From a virus, in the IMG/VR virus record IMGVR_UViG_3300025887_000010, positions 32,001 through 96,000 of that record: a stretch of DNA of 64,000 nt, one strand, 5' to 3'. The notes beneath the pieces are model-generated. The model was given only the letters and a program-made list of their open reading frames with translations, was not told the origin of the DNA and did no database searches. Positions 43,177 through 52,990 of the stretch are shown in pieces. The number at the start of each line of letters is the position of its first letter. The first letter of the stretch is position 1. The position numbers and the translations under genes are program-made.

Positions 43177-43629
43177 ATGACCCGACCTCGCAAAACACAA
43201 TTCTTTCCGAAGAATCCAGACAAGTATGTTGGTGATCCGACGAACATCATCTGTCGCTCGTCCTGGGAGAGGTTTTTCTGCCACTATGTTGATGTCAACA
43301 AAAATGTGAGGAAGTGGCACTCAGAAGAGACCATCATCAAATACATTTCACCACTAGATGAGGATTGGCATCGCTACTATGTGGACTTCACTCTCGAAAT
43401 GACAGACGGTCGTCATGTGTTGGTTGAAGTCAAACCCTATAAGGAGACTGTCCCACCACCTCTACCGAAGAAGAAAACTCGAAAGGCCATTGACCGTCAT
43501 CAACATGAGCTAAAAACCTATGCCGTCAATCAGGCAAAGTGGATGTATGCTCGTGCTGCAGCAAAGAAAGGTGGAGCAGAATTCGTTGTCTTTACTGAGA
43601 ACGAGCTTCGCAAATTTGGTATGCCCTGA
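43177..43629 (+). CDS. gp4: Head completion nuclease (TnsA-like)
   Basis: F.PKNPDKYVGD, RSSWE, W.SEE..I.Y, HRYYVDF, EVKP, NQAKW. Confidence 0.93.
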   Translation: MTRPRKTQFFPKNPDKYVGDPTNIICRSSWERFFCHYVDVNKNVRKWHSEETIIKYISPLDEDWHRYYVDFTLEMTDGRHVLVEVKPYKETVPPPLPKKKTRKAIDRHQHELKTYAVNQAKWMYARAAAKKGGAEFVVFTENELRKFGMP

Positions 43630-43696
43630 AAACGAATATCAACTTTGAGCAAAATATACGAAATACACGAACACATATGGATGAAAGGAATTCAGG

Positions 43697-46171
43697 ATGA
43701 CGAGAGTAAATCGCGTCTCGCCGGGTATCACGACTCGGGAGATCAATCTCACTCAGACTGTCAGCGCCAATAGCGGACTGCAATCTGCCGTTTGCGGGCT
43801 TTATGGATGGGGACCTGTCGATGTTCCTACATTGCTTGACAGTGAAAACGAACAAGTGCAAATTTTCGGCGAACCAAATGACGCTAACTTCGCCACATGG
43901 TTTCTGTCCGCAGAGTTTCTCGCAGAGAATGCCGGTTGTTTCGTCACTCGAATCGTACCAGCTGATGCATACAACGCATCTCTCGGTGGAGTCGGCATCG
44001 CCGGCACAGTCGATTCGAATGTAGTAAATGGCGAAGTCGCTTCTGTTGCAATCAACACTGCAGGCTCTGGCTACACAGTCGGCGATATTGTGACAATCAC
44101 TGGTGGATCAGTCAGTCTTGCTGAAGCTCAGATCACAGCGATCGACGGTGCTGGTGGGATCACTGGAATCGATCTGAAATCGAACGGCTCCGGTTATGCA
44201 GCTGCAGGAACTGGTGTTGCACTCATCTCGAAGAACGACTTTGTCGTGAAGAACTTCGACGAATACAACGACGGCAACCTCACATTGCCTGAAGTCATCG
44301 CTTCCTATCCCGGTGAACTCGGCAACAACATCGGTGTGACAGTCGTTCGTGCTTCCGAATTCTACGGAAACCAATTCGAAACTTCGTTCAGCAAAGCTCC
44401 CACGGCTGTTGAGCAATTCTTCGATGGCGACGGCATCACCGAAACATTCACACTCGGCGCATCCTTCTTGACTGCAACAGATGTTGAAGTCACCGTCAAT
44501 GGTGTCACAATTGCTGAAGGTGTCAATCCTGGCGAATGGCAGAAAACTGCATCGGTTCTTTCGATCACTCCTGACATCGAGAACTTCAATGGCGACGGAA
44601 TCACTAGCGAATTCGTCATCCTGAACGTGAATGAACTCGACCTCTTCACATCTCACGTGGTTGTCGACGGCGTCACATTGATCGCTGACTTCAACAAGAC
44701 TGGTCACATTCCAATCGGATACTTTGACATCGATCCTTCAACCGGACTGTTGACTGTCGGTACGAATCTTGAAACATTGTCTGGCGACGGCACGACAACT
44801 GTTCGCTCGATCACCACGACAGATTCGATCACTGCAGCGAACGTTCGCGTATATGTTGACGGCGTCGAGCTTTCACCTGTCGCGATCGCACCTGCTGCTG
44901 GTGAAGTTCAAGTTGAATCTGCTGTTGGCGGATATGACTTCACCTTCTTCACAGCTCCTGGAAGCGGTATTGGCAACATCGAGATCGAATGGGGTTTCCC
45001 AATCATCGGTGTCGACAACGTTGCAGTCACCTACGGTCTACCACTTGGTGACGAATCGCTGAAAGTGTTCCACACTCAAACTGGTGTTCACGTTGTCGTA
45101 TACGATCGCGAAACAAACAAAGTCCTTGAGCGCTACACGAATCTCTCGACTGAATCCACTTCGAAGTTCGCCAACGGCATCAGCAACTACTACCCTGAGT
45201 ATGTCTCACGTGTTTCGAGCTACATCCGCATCACTGGCGATATGACGAACTTCGGCGACAGCATCCTCACAGGTGGTGCCAACGGTTCTGCATTGACAGA
45301 TGCTGACTATCAGAATGCTTTCGCTCGCATGTCCAACAAAGAGGACTTCGACATACAGTATCTGATCGATCCATGTGTGAGTGCGAACGTTTCGCAATAT
45401 CTGATCAACATCGCGGAAACCCGTGAAGATGCAGTTGCATTCGTCGGATCAACTCAAGATGTCACAGTCGCAAATCCTGGCCGAGAACTGAACAGCATTC
45501 TCGATTTTGCTGCACTTCTGCCGACTTCTTCGTATGGTATCTTCAACCCAACGTGGATTCGCATCTATGATCGCTACAATGCGAAGGAACGCTGGATTCC
45601 GTCAACCGGTACTGACGCTGGTCTTTACGCTCGAACACATCGGGACAACAATTTGTGGACGGCTACTGCTGGTTACACACGCGGCAGCTATCGTCGGGCG
45701 CGTCAAGTTTCATTCTTGCCATCAGAAGCTCAACAGAACACTCTCTACGCGAATGACATCAACTACGTCAAACGCAACAAGGGTGTTGGCTTCTTCCTGT
45801 TTGGTCAGAAGACTCTCGCTCGCACAGAGGATGCATTCAACCGCGCGAATGTTCGATTCTTGTCGATTCACATCAAGCGCGGAGTGTCTGATGCTCTGAA
45901 GTTTGCTATCGGTGAAATCAATGACGAGATCACTCGTGCATCTGTTCGCAATCTACTGAATCCGTTCATGCGCGACATCTTCGCACAACGAGGCGTTTAC
46001 GAATACGACGTCCGTTGTGATGGCGACAACAACCCAGCCGAAGTGATCGATGCGAACGAACTGATCGTTCAAATCTATCTGCAGCCTACACGAACCGTCG
46101 AGTTCATCGGTCTCGAACTGATCTACACGCAAACCGGAATTTCATTCCAAGAGGTTCGTCTTACGAACTAA
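43697..46171 (+). CDS. gp18: Tail sheath protein with large insertions
   Basis: VSPGI..REI.L, WGPVD, W.A.AG.TRG, FNR.NVRFL, IF..RGVY...V.CD..NN. Confidence 0.95.
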   Translation: MTRVNRVSPGITTREINLTQTVSANSGLQSAVCGLYGWGPVDVPTLLDSENEQVQIFGEPNDANFATWFLSAEFLAENAGCFVTRIVPADAYNASLGGVGIAGTVDSNVVNGEVASVAINTAGSGYTVGDIVTITGGSVSLAEAQITAIDGAGGITGIDLKSNGSGYAAAGTGVALISKNDFVVKNFDEYNDGNLTLPEVIASYPGELGNNIGVTVVRASEFYGNQFETSFSKAPTAVEQFFDGDGITETFTLGASFLTATDVEVTVNGVTIAEGVNPGEWQKTASVLSITPDIENFNGDGITSEFVILNVNELDLFTSHVVVDGVTLIADFNKTGHIPIGYFDIDPSTGLLTVGTNLETLSGDGTTTVRSITTTDSITAANVRVYVDGVELSPVAIAPAAGEVQVESAVGGYDFTFFTAPGSGIGNIEIEWGFPIIGVDNVAVTYGLPLGDESLKVFHTQTGVHVVVYDRETNKVLERYTNLSTESTSKFANGISNYYPEYVSRVSSYIRITGDMTNFGDSILTGGANGSALTDADYQNAFARMSNKEDFDIQYLIDPCVSANVSQYLINIAETREDAVAFVGSTQDVTVANPGRELNSILDFAALLPTSSYGIFNPTWIRIYDRYNAKERWIPSTGTDAGLYARTHRDNNLWTATAGYTRGSYRRARQVSFLPSEAQQNTLYANDINYVKRNKGVGFFLFGQKTLARTEDAFNRANVRFLSIHIKRGVSDALKFAIGEINDEITRASVRNLLNPFMRDIFAQRGVYEYDVRCDGDNNPAEVIDANELIVQIYLQPTRTVEFIGLELIYTQTGISFQEVRLTN

Positions 46172-46175
46172 GTGA

Positions 46176-46192
46176 GGAGCCTTCGGGCTCTT
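46176..46192 (+). terminator. C(UUCG)G hairpin between gp18 and gp19
   Basis: GAGCC-TTCG-GGCTC, a T4-type tetraloop; weak U-tract. Confidence 0.5.
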
Positions 46193-46224
46193 CATCACAC
46201 GTTTGACAATTGGAGAACAAGAGA

Positions 46225-46848
46225 ATGTCAGAATCACGAATCACGAACTTTAACCGGTTGAACTTTGCCGCTGGTGTCGGTAACGTTGCAAACCAAAACG
46301 AATTCTACGCGAACGTCACACTTCCGATCGACCTTGAAGGGCTTTTTCCAGAAGCTGAAGCGTTCAAGCAGAAGATAGGCTTTGCCTGTCAGTCTTCCGG
46401 TGTTCCCGACATGACTGTTGGCGAAATCGCCATTCCGTTCCGATCTCAAATGGTCCGCCTTCCTGGCGACCGTGACCGATCAGGTGTATTGACGATGACG
46501 GTTCGAACAGACGTCGACTACAAACTTCGCGACGTTTTTGAACGTTGGTCGGATGCATTGGGTGGCACCGTCAATGGTGACGTCATCAATGATCTCGATC
46601 TCGATGTCATGAAGCTCTTGGGTCAAGGCGAATTGCATCAGCTTTCCCGCAATGGCAAGATTTTGAAGAGCTGGTCATTCGACGGAATCTGGCCTCAGAC
46701 CGTAAGTGGTATCACCTTTGATTGGGGATCAGCCAACTCGGTCGTGACACATGACGTCACATTCGCATTCCAACATATGGAGTCTCGCACGACTCGCAAC
46801 AACGTCATCTCGGCAGCTGATGGGCTTTCGGGTAGCATCATCTTTTAA
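46225..46848 (+). CDS. gp19: Tail tube protein
   Basis: F.CQS..VP....G.I.IPF....V.LPGDR, WP..V..I..DW.S, VTFAF. Confidence 0.9.
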   Translation: MSESRITNFNRLNFAAGVGNVANQNEFYANVTLPIDLEGLFPEAEAFKQKIGFACQSSGVPDMTVGEIAIPFRSQMVRLPGDRDRSGVLTMTVRTDVDYKLRDVFERWSDALGGTVNGDVINDLDLDVMKLLGQGELHQLSRNGKILKSWSFDGIWPQTVSGITFDWGSANSVVTHDVTFAFQHMESRTTRNNVISAADGLSGSIIF

Positions 46849-46857
46849 GGAAGCATC

Positions 46858-47346
46858 ATGAAGAATATTTTTGAAGCCATCACGGCCACACTTTCACAAA
46901 AAAACGAAGACGAAACTCTTCACCAGGTCAATGAAGACGATCTGGTGAAGGTCAGCGACTACGATCTCGCAAACGCTTTTACAACCATGATGGTCAATCT
47001 CTATGGTGGAGAAAGGGTCAAACCAGCGTCTATCAAGCGAATCTCACCCAAACAGATTGAGTTCTTTCTCGAAATCCCAGGCGGCCTTCTTGGAGCACTA
47101 TACGAAAAGATGTCAGTTCGGGTGAATCTTGAAGAAGCATATGCCACCGACGGAAGTGGTGTTGCTACTCTTGCGATGTTTAACTTCGACTACAAGTGGA
47201 CTCACACGACCGGCGGTCGCAATGGATTGCTTGTTCGAAACATGGGTTTCTTCAGTATCGACAGTCGTGGAATGCTCAATCATCTGAAGTCTTATCGAAC
47301 AGACAGTGAAGCATCTCGCGATCTGCGAAAGTACGGATTCGCATAG
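46858..47346 (+). CDS. Hypothetical protein, candidate internal head protein
   Basis: AAGGAAG RBS; MKNIFEAI...VNE N-terminus. Confidence 0.65.
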   Translation: MKNIFEAITATLSQKNEDETLHQVNEDDLVKVSDYDLANAFTTMMVNLYGGERVKPASIKRISPKQIEFFLEIPGGLLGALYEKMSVRVNLEEAYATDGSGVATLAMFNFDYKWTHTTGGRNGLLVRNMGFFSIDSRGMLNHLKSYRTDSEASRDLRKYGFA

Positions 47347-47395
47347 AGTTTATTTTGAACTCTTCATCGCTAAATCGATCTCCAATTGACATCAG

Positions 47396-47430
47396 AGGTT
47401 CCCAGTGTTTCGCTGGGAACCTTTGTTGTT
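47396..47430 (+). terminator. Intrinsic terminator
   Basis: AGGTTCCCAG/CTGGGAACCT stem followed by TTGTTGTT. Confidence 0.7.
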
Positions 47431-47501
47431 CGTGACTGTGTAATATATTTGAGGTTATTCATTGAACTCAGTGAACTCCTGGTTAACCCGAAGGAAATTC
47501 C

Positions 47502-48023
47502 ATGTCTCATGCCGAAATCAGAGAGCTCGTAAAGCAATCTCAGTCATTCGTCCGCACTAACCAGTTTCGAGTAGAGTTTACGCTGCCATCAGGTCTCAAG
47601 GAATTTGACATTCGGCGATTGTCTCTGAACTGTCACACGGCCAAGATTCCTGGTTACTCGATCGAGAACTACACCCATGCGATTTCGGGTGCTCCTGAGA
47701 CTCAGCATGCTGCAACGACAAAATATGTAGAAGCGAGTTTCGGTTTCTACCAATCGAAAGACTTCCATGAATTCGACGTTTTCGATGAATGGAGAAAGAT
47801 CATTGTCGACACTGAGACTGGAAAGCTTGGCTACTTCAATGACTACACGACCTCAATTTATGTCATCCCCCTTCTTTCGAACGATCGAAGGCTACGAACG
47901 ATCGAGCTTCTCGATTGCAAACCAACGACGATGGGTGAAACTGATCTGAGCTTCAAATCTCAAAACGAGATTGCCGAGCTCACTGTCTCGATGAGCTACA
48001 CTCGTTATAGAACTGTCACTTAA
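47502..48023 (+). CDS. gp54: Baseplate tail tube initiator
   Basis: R.NQFRV.F, C....IPG, F..W...I, YFNDY...I.V (gp19-like fold). Confidence 0.8.
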   Translation: MSHAEIRELVKQSQSFVRTNQFRVEFTLPSGLKEFDIRRLSLNCHTAKIPGYSIENYTHAISGAPETQHAATTKYVEASFGFYQSKDFHEFDVFDEWRKIIVDTETGKLGYFNDYTTSIYVIPLLSNDRRLRTIELLDCKPTTMGETDLSFKSQNEIAELTVSMSYTRYRTVT

Positions 48024-48037
48024 CTGGAGAGAACACA

Positions 48038-48736
48038 ATGGGTCTTCCTAAGATTACACAAACCAAAACGTCTGTCACACTTCCTTCTGGGAAGAAGATT
48101 CGAATTCGACCATTTGTCGGATCCGAAGAAAAGGCACTGCTCATGTCAAAGCAATCGACTCAGAAGGGTGATCGAATCAATGCAGCGATGGATGTGCTTT
48201 CGAGCTGTTCCGACTATGATGTCTCGAAGTTTCCAATGACAGATTTCGAATTCCTCTTCATGAAGGCCTACGAAATCTCTGTCAGTCAGACGATAGACAT
48301 CGGTCTTCGTTGTCGAGCCAAGGATTGCGAAGAAGTCCTTTCCGCTTCCATCCCACTTGATCAGATCGAAGTTCCGAAGCTCGAGAAGAAACGCTGTAAG
48401 ATCGACGTCGGCCTTGATGAAAATGGCGATCCTGTCAAGCTCTTCATTCGAATTCCTACCGTTGGTGAAGCTCTTAAAGTTCAGGATGATGAAAATGCAG
48501 ACGTTCGACTCATCTTCGAGTGCCTTGAGGGTGTGTATGTCAAGGATGAAAAGGCTGAAATCGACGACTTCGCAGAGTTCGAAGATTGGTTCATGAGTCA
48601 ACAGGACCTGTATCGAAAATGCACAGTCTTTCTCAACTCCATTCCTCGGATCGAGTTCGTTCGTGATTGGGAATGTCCTTCATGCAAGCACCAAAATCAC
48701 ACCGTCATGAGGGGATTCGACTCTTTTTTCTCCTAA
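48038..48736 (+). CDS. gp26: Baseplate hub subunit
   Basis: LPKI, LPSGK...RPF...EEKALL, DFEFLF, C..C.H.N...G...FF. Confidence 0.92.
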   Translation: MGLPKITQTKTSVTLPSGKKIRIRPFVGSEEKALLMSKQSTQKGDRINAAMDVLSSCSDYDVSKFPMTDFEFLFMKAYEISVSQTIDIGLRCRAKDCEEVLSASIPLDQIEVPKLEKKRCKIDVGLDENGDPVKLFIRIPTVGEALKVQDDENADVRLIFECLEGVYVKDEKAEIDDFAEFEDWFMSQQDLYRKCTVFLNSIPRIEFVRDWECPSCKHQNHTVMRGFDSFFS

Positions 48737-48738
48737 TC

Positions 48739-48918
48739 ATGGCGTATTCTAACATAGGTGTGTTCTACAACACGGTCTCGACCATGAAGATGGCGCAGGC
48801 TGGAACCTGGACGATTGGAGAGATTGAAGCTCTCACACCAATGGAACGATCAATGCACATCGAACTCATGACGACCTATCTAAAAGAGCTTGCTCGACGG
48901 GATAAAATAGTCAAATAG
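48739..48918 (+). CDS. gp51: Baseplate hub assembly chaperone
   Basis: WTIGEIEALTPMERSMHIELM, directly after gp26. Confidence 0.8.
   Translation: MAYSNIGVFYNTVSTMKMAQAGTWTIGEIEALTPMERSMHIELMTTYLKELARRDKIVK
48903..48909 (+). promoter_or_regulatory. Candidate late promoter TAAAATA
   Basis: 42 nt upstream of ATG 48952. Confidence 0.45.
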
Positions 48919-48951
48919 TCATCAAATAGATGAAAATGAGTTGGATACCCC

Positions 48952-49239
48952 ATGACTGACAAAACCTTTGAAGAATTTCTAAAGGCCCGATGGACGTACC
49001 GCCGTCGGGTCATGTTCACGACACTCTGCTTCTACTTCTCTTCGATCGCCTTCATTCTCTACAAGGCCGATCCTGCAGATATCGGACACTACAACGGGAT
49101 GCTGGTTCAGCTGACGATCTCGTTCTCCACAGTTTCAGTTGCCTACTTCGGCGCATCCTCTTACGAGAGAGTGAACCAAGATGTTCAGAAGGACTTGGCG
49201 AATTTCAACGAGACGATGCGAGACAAGCTCGACAAGTAA
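48952..49239 (+). CDS. Two-TM membrane protein (holin candidate)
   Basis: RRRV followed by two hydrophobic helices and a charged C-terminus. Confidence 0.55.
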   Translation: MTDKTFEEFLKARWTYRRRVMFTTLCFYFSSIAFILYKADPADIGHYNGMLVQLTISFSTVSVAYFGASSYERVNQDVQKDLANFNETMRDKLDK

Positions 49240-49248
49240 GGAAAAACG

Positions 49249-51897
49249 ATGATCACAGTCAAACTCAACGCAAGCAAGGACGGTTCACGGATCGTCCTTG
49301 ACAAACCTGTTCGCTTTGAGCCTGGAGTTCGATACGTCATCAATTCAGATTTCGACATCTTCCTGACATGGAAAAATCGCGAAACTCATCTCGATGAGAC
49401 CTTCGAAAGTGGATTGAACTTTCCCGTTCCAAACTTCACCACTCAGGAACACTATGGTCGGTTCAACGACAATCTTCTCTACTGGATTTACAACGATCCA
49501 ATGGCGAATCTGACAGGAATTCCTCTCGGACTGGCAAACAGCATCATACAAGAGACCACACTGGACGAATATTGGGACAGCCCCCTGAGCGAGCTGTACA
49601 ATTCACTGGTCGGAAACCAAGTGATCGCGAATCGCACAATCGCAGAGGTGTTTCAGAACCTCACAGATGACAACAATATCCGAAGCTTCGAACCTGTTCA
49701 ATCTGGTGACAATTCGGGTCGAATCTTCGAAAACAGCATTCCATACTTCGCAGTTGCGACTGCATCAGGTCGTGTCGATCCATCGTCATATCGTCTGTCT
49801 TTCGAAGATGGTGAATTCATGGTCTACCTGGAAACGGCAGTTGCAGACGCTGTCGTCAAGACTGATCTCTACCATTACGCCTCGTCAAACGGTTCTACGT
49901 CTGTTGAGTTTGTAATTCAGCCTGGAGAAACTAGATCGTTCTTTATCAACGATCTGAATCGATCTCTCGATGACTTCGAAATTGAGCCGAAAGAGTCGAG
50001 AGATAATCTCGTCAATGTGAACGGTCGGTTCAGTGAGTACATCCTTGCGACATATCCTCGACTATATGATTTCGTCAACACCTACATCCAATCTCAGAAC
50101 CTTTACGAGACTCCTCAGTCGTACCTCACCAACCTCATCGACGACACGATTCCCGAAAGGATGGGGGATGACCTGAGGCGATCGAAGAACCAGCAGTCTT
50201 TCAGCTTCAAATCCCACATGATCGATGACAACGACCTTCTGTTGAGCACCGCAGATTTCGCGAAGAATAAAGGCACCAAGAAATCGATCGAGTGGCTGGC
50301 GGAAGCTGTGTATGGTAATTCAGTCGAGACCACAAACTACCAGGAACAAATCATGCGACTGAGCGGATCGAAATGGTTTGAGCGCTATTCGATTTACTTT
50401 ACGAGAGACTCACTTCCTTTTGCTATCGACGATCTTCAAGGTCGAAAGATCAGGGGTTCAAACTCGAAATGTGAAGGCATCATCGAGAGTGCGAAAGTCT
50501 CATTCATCTCGAGCTTGAAGGAGATTGTCGAACTCGTAGTTCGAATGGACTTCGGCGAGTTCAATGAAGACGACATCTTTTCGATCTCTTCAAAAGAGGT
50601 CAGTGATGACTCTATGAATCTCGGCATTGTGGACATCGAAGTAGTCAATGGAGGATTTGGCAACAAGGTTGGCGACAAAATCAATCTGAAGTCCTCAACT
50701 GGTTCGAAATTCGAAGGTGTCATCTCAGAAGTCGGAAGCCTAGGACAAGTTGAGTCCGTTCAGATCAACCAGATCGGTTGGAACTTCAGGAGTTTCCAAA
50801 CCCCGTCTGTAGTGCGCAAAGGACTGAATGACTTTGTCCCTGAAGCGAGGTTCATTCAGGTCAGTGAGAAGTCGAACGACTTCTCGTTCAAGATGGAATT
50901 TCGTAATGTCATCTATGAAGCATCGATCGACTTTTTGAGCCAGACACTTTCCGTTCTGGATCGGACATTTTCCCACCCGTCACTCCGATTCCCGTCACAG
51001 GTAATGGGTCTTGCCCTTCTTGATGGCGTTATCTCAGTTGTGTCCTTCGATGAAACCTCAATCTGGATCATTGATGAGATCGGAGGAATCTATAGTACTG
51101 AGGTTCCCTACAACTTCTTGGCAACTTCGAACGGTTTGAATGGTGTCATACTCGACACAGACACAAACACCGTAAGAACATTCGACATCCAGAGACTTAA
51201 GGAATCTGGAGAGCTTTCGATCTTGACAGAATTTGGTGTCGGTGCGAATTCGTACTTCTCGATCTCTGCTTCCGCCCGATCAATCTTCATCACATCCGAC
51301 ATCGTGGACATGTACGAATATGAAGGAAATTCTCAAGATGGTGATTTGAACCCTTTCCGAATTCTCGAAGTTCTGGTTGACGCTGATGATGAAGTCATTA
51401 TCGACGATCTCACTGAAGAAGCTCTCATCATCTTCAGGAACTTTCGATCGAACACCTACATCCCGTTCGTTTTCGAAGATGGAGTTTTCGAAGATGATGT
51501 GTTTGAAGGTGACGAATTCAAGCTCTTTAACATCTCTGTCGTTTCGAAAAACGGAATCGAATTCATCACTGCGGAAAGCTCATTCAACCTTTACTCACTC
51601 CAGATCACCCTGTCGAACGAAGTCGTTCCAAAAATCAAAGTGAAGACTGGTCGTATTATCAAGAAACAAGGTTCATACATCAACAGTGATGGACATCTCA
51701 GCTCGAATCAGAAGATGATCGGAACAACGTATCAGCCGTTCTCAGTTGGGTTCGAAACGGAAACTCTCTCTCGGAACATGAAGGAATTGCTTGAAGGTGA
51801 TGCTCTCATGCCAGGAATGATATATAAAGGTCTTGTCCCTGTTGTCGCTGAGAGTGAATCTGTTCTCCTCATTGGCACTGCGGAAGTCCTGGAATAA
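49249..51897 (+). CDS. Baseplate wedge initiator (gp7-like)
   Basis: KGTKKSIEWL...YG motif, YQPFS near the C-terminus; 882 aa; upstream of gp8. Confidence 0.6.
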   Translation: MITVKLNASKDGSRIVLDKPVRFEPGVRYVINSDFDIFLTWKNRETHLDETFESGLNFPVPNFTTQEHYGRFNDNLLYWIYNDPMANLTGIPLGLANSIIQETTLDEYWDSPLSELYNSLVGNQVIANRTIAEVFQNLTDDNNIRSFEPVQSGDNSGRIFENSIPYFAVATASGRVDPSSYRLSFEDGEFMVYLETAVADAVVKTDLYHYASSNGSTSVEFVIQPGETRSFFINDLNRSLDDFEIEPKESRDNLVNVNGRFSEYILATYPRLYDFVNTYIQSQNLYETPQSYLTNLIDDTIPERMGDDLRRSKNQQSFSFKSHMIDDNDLLLSTADFAKNKGTKKSIEWLAEAVYGNSVETTNYQEQIMRLSGSKWFERYSIYFTRDSLPFAIDDLQGRKIRGSNSKCEGIIESAKVSFISSLKEIVELVVRMDFGEFNEDDIFSISSKEVSDDSMNLGIVDIEVVNGGFGNKVGDKINLKSSTGSKFEGVISEVGSLGQVESVQINQIGWNFRSFQTPSVVRKGLNDFVPEARFIQVSEKSNDFSFKMEFRNVIYEASIDFLSQTLSVLDRTFSHPSLRFPSQVMGLALLDGVISVVSFDETSIWIIDEIGGIYSTEVPYNFLATSNGLNGVILDTDTNTVRTFDIQRLKESGELSILTEFGVGANSYFSISASARSIFITSDIVDMYEYEGNSQDGDLNPFRILEVLVDADDEVIIDDLTEEALIIFRNFRSNTYIPFVFEDGVFEDDVFEGDEFKLFNISVVSKNGIEFITAESSFNLYSLQITLSNEVVPKIKVKTGRIIKKQGSYINSDGHLSSNQKMIGTTYQPFSVGFETETLSRNMKELLEGDALMPGMIYKGLVPVVAESESVLLIGTAEVLE

Positions 51898-51901
51898 AAT
51901 A
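51895..51901 (+). promoter_or_regulatory. Candidate late promoter TAAAATA
   Basis: 44 nt upstream of ATG 51946. Confidence 0.45.
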
Positions 51902-51945
51902 AACCACTGCTCGATGATAAAATAATATGAAATGGAGACTTAAGA

Positions 51946-52920
51946 ATGGCTGATAGAGTCCTAAACAGCTTTCCGATTAATGCGAAGTTCGGAAACCAAT
52001 ATCTTGCTGATGGTGAAGCACTCACTATTCGCTCAGAAGTGGCACGAGATGCATCTCTGTTGTCTGAAAATAACTCAGCATCGAGTGAGGCTGCTGCGAA
52101 CACTTCTGCAATTACTGCTTCAGATTCTGCTTTAAGTGCATCCGCATCCGCCACAATCGCTACGGCTGCAGCAACTGATTTAGAAACTACTCTTGGACTT
52201 GCTATAGTCTATAAAAATGATGCACAAACATCGTCTGTCTCAGCTTCTGCTGCTAGCGCTTCGGCTTCTGCTTCTTCTTCTTCCTCGTCAGCATCAGCTT
52301 CAGCAGCTCTCGCGAGTGAGAATTCTGCGGAGAAATGGGCTGTAGAGGCAGAGGATGTTGAAGTTTCCACAGGCGAATTTTCCGCAAAGCATTGGGCCGC
52401 AAAGGCTTCAACTTTCAACCCTGAATTGATTATAGCCTCCTCAAATAACTACCGCACAGGGCTTATACGTCAGTCAGGGTTCTACGCCAGCCAATCACAA
52501 AACAGTGGTACTGCGACGTCAACACTCCCGCCCGCAGTGACGCTCCCCGCAGGGGACTATCTGCTCGATTACAGCTTCGAGGCCAAGCCTTACGACGCGG
52601 GAACAAGTGGTGCTGTTATCGTAGTGCAAGTGGAGATGTACGCGTACATACCGGGTCCTGGCGTCGGGACAGTGCACCCTCTTGCGGACGTCGACTTCTA
52701 TGGCAACCACTCGATACGGCCGTACCTGGTTATACGTGACGCAAGTGATCTGGACTACGTTGTACGCGACAGTGGGCAGCGAACATTCACCTTAGCAGCA
52801 GAGACACTTGTTAGCTTCAAGATACAAACGCAAGTATTTAACTCAACCGACCAGGCGCAGTCTGTGGCCATCACGATGATACGAGCAGCTCGCATAACTC
52901 GGATACAAGAACTGACATAG
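51946..52920 (+). CDS. Tail fibre/spike-like protein
   Basis: Ser/Ala-rich stalk, KWA...S+KHWA motif of fibre stalks, beta-rich C-terminal domain. Confidence 0.6.
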   Translation: MADRVLNSFPINAKFGNQYLADGEALTIRSEVARDASLLSENNSASSEAAANTSAITASDSALSASASATIATAAATDLETTLGLAIVYKNDAQTSSVSASAASASASASSSSSSASASAALASENSAEKWAVEAEDVEVSTGEFSAKHWAAKASTFNPELIIASSNNYRTGLIRQSGFYASQSQNSGTATSTLPPAVTLPAGDYLLDYSFEAKPYDAGTSGAVIVVQVEMYAYIPGPGVGTVHPLADVDFYGNHSIRPYLVIRDASDLDYVVRDSGQRTFTLAAETLVSFKIQTQVFNSTDQAQSVAITMIRAARITRIQELT

Positions 52921-52990
52921 TAAGAATAACGTGACAGTTTACATGAGAGACATGCAATATTCCATAATGACAAAAAGGTAAGCGAATCAA

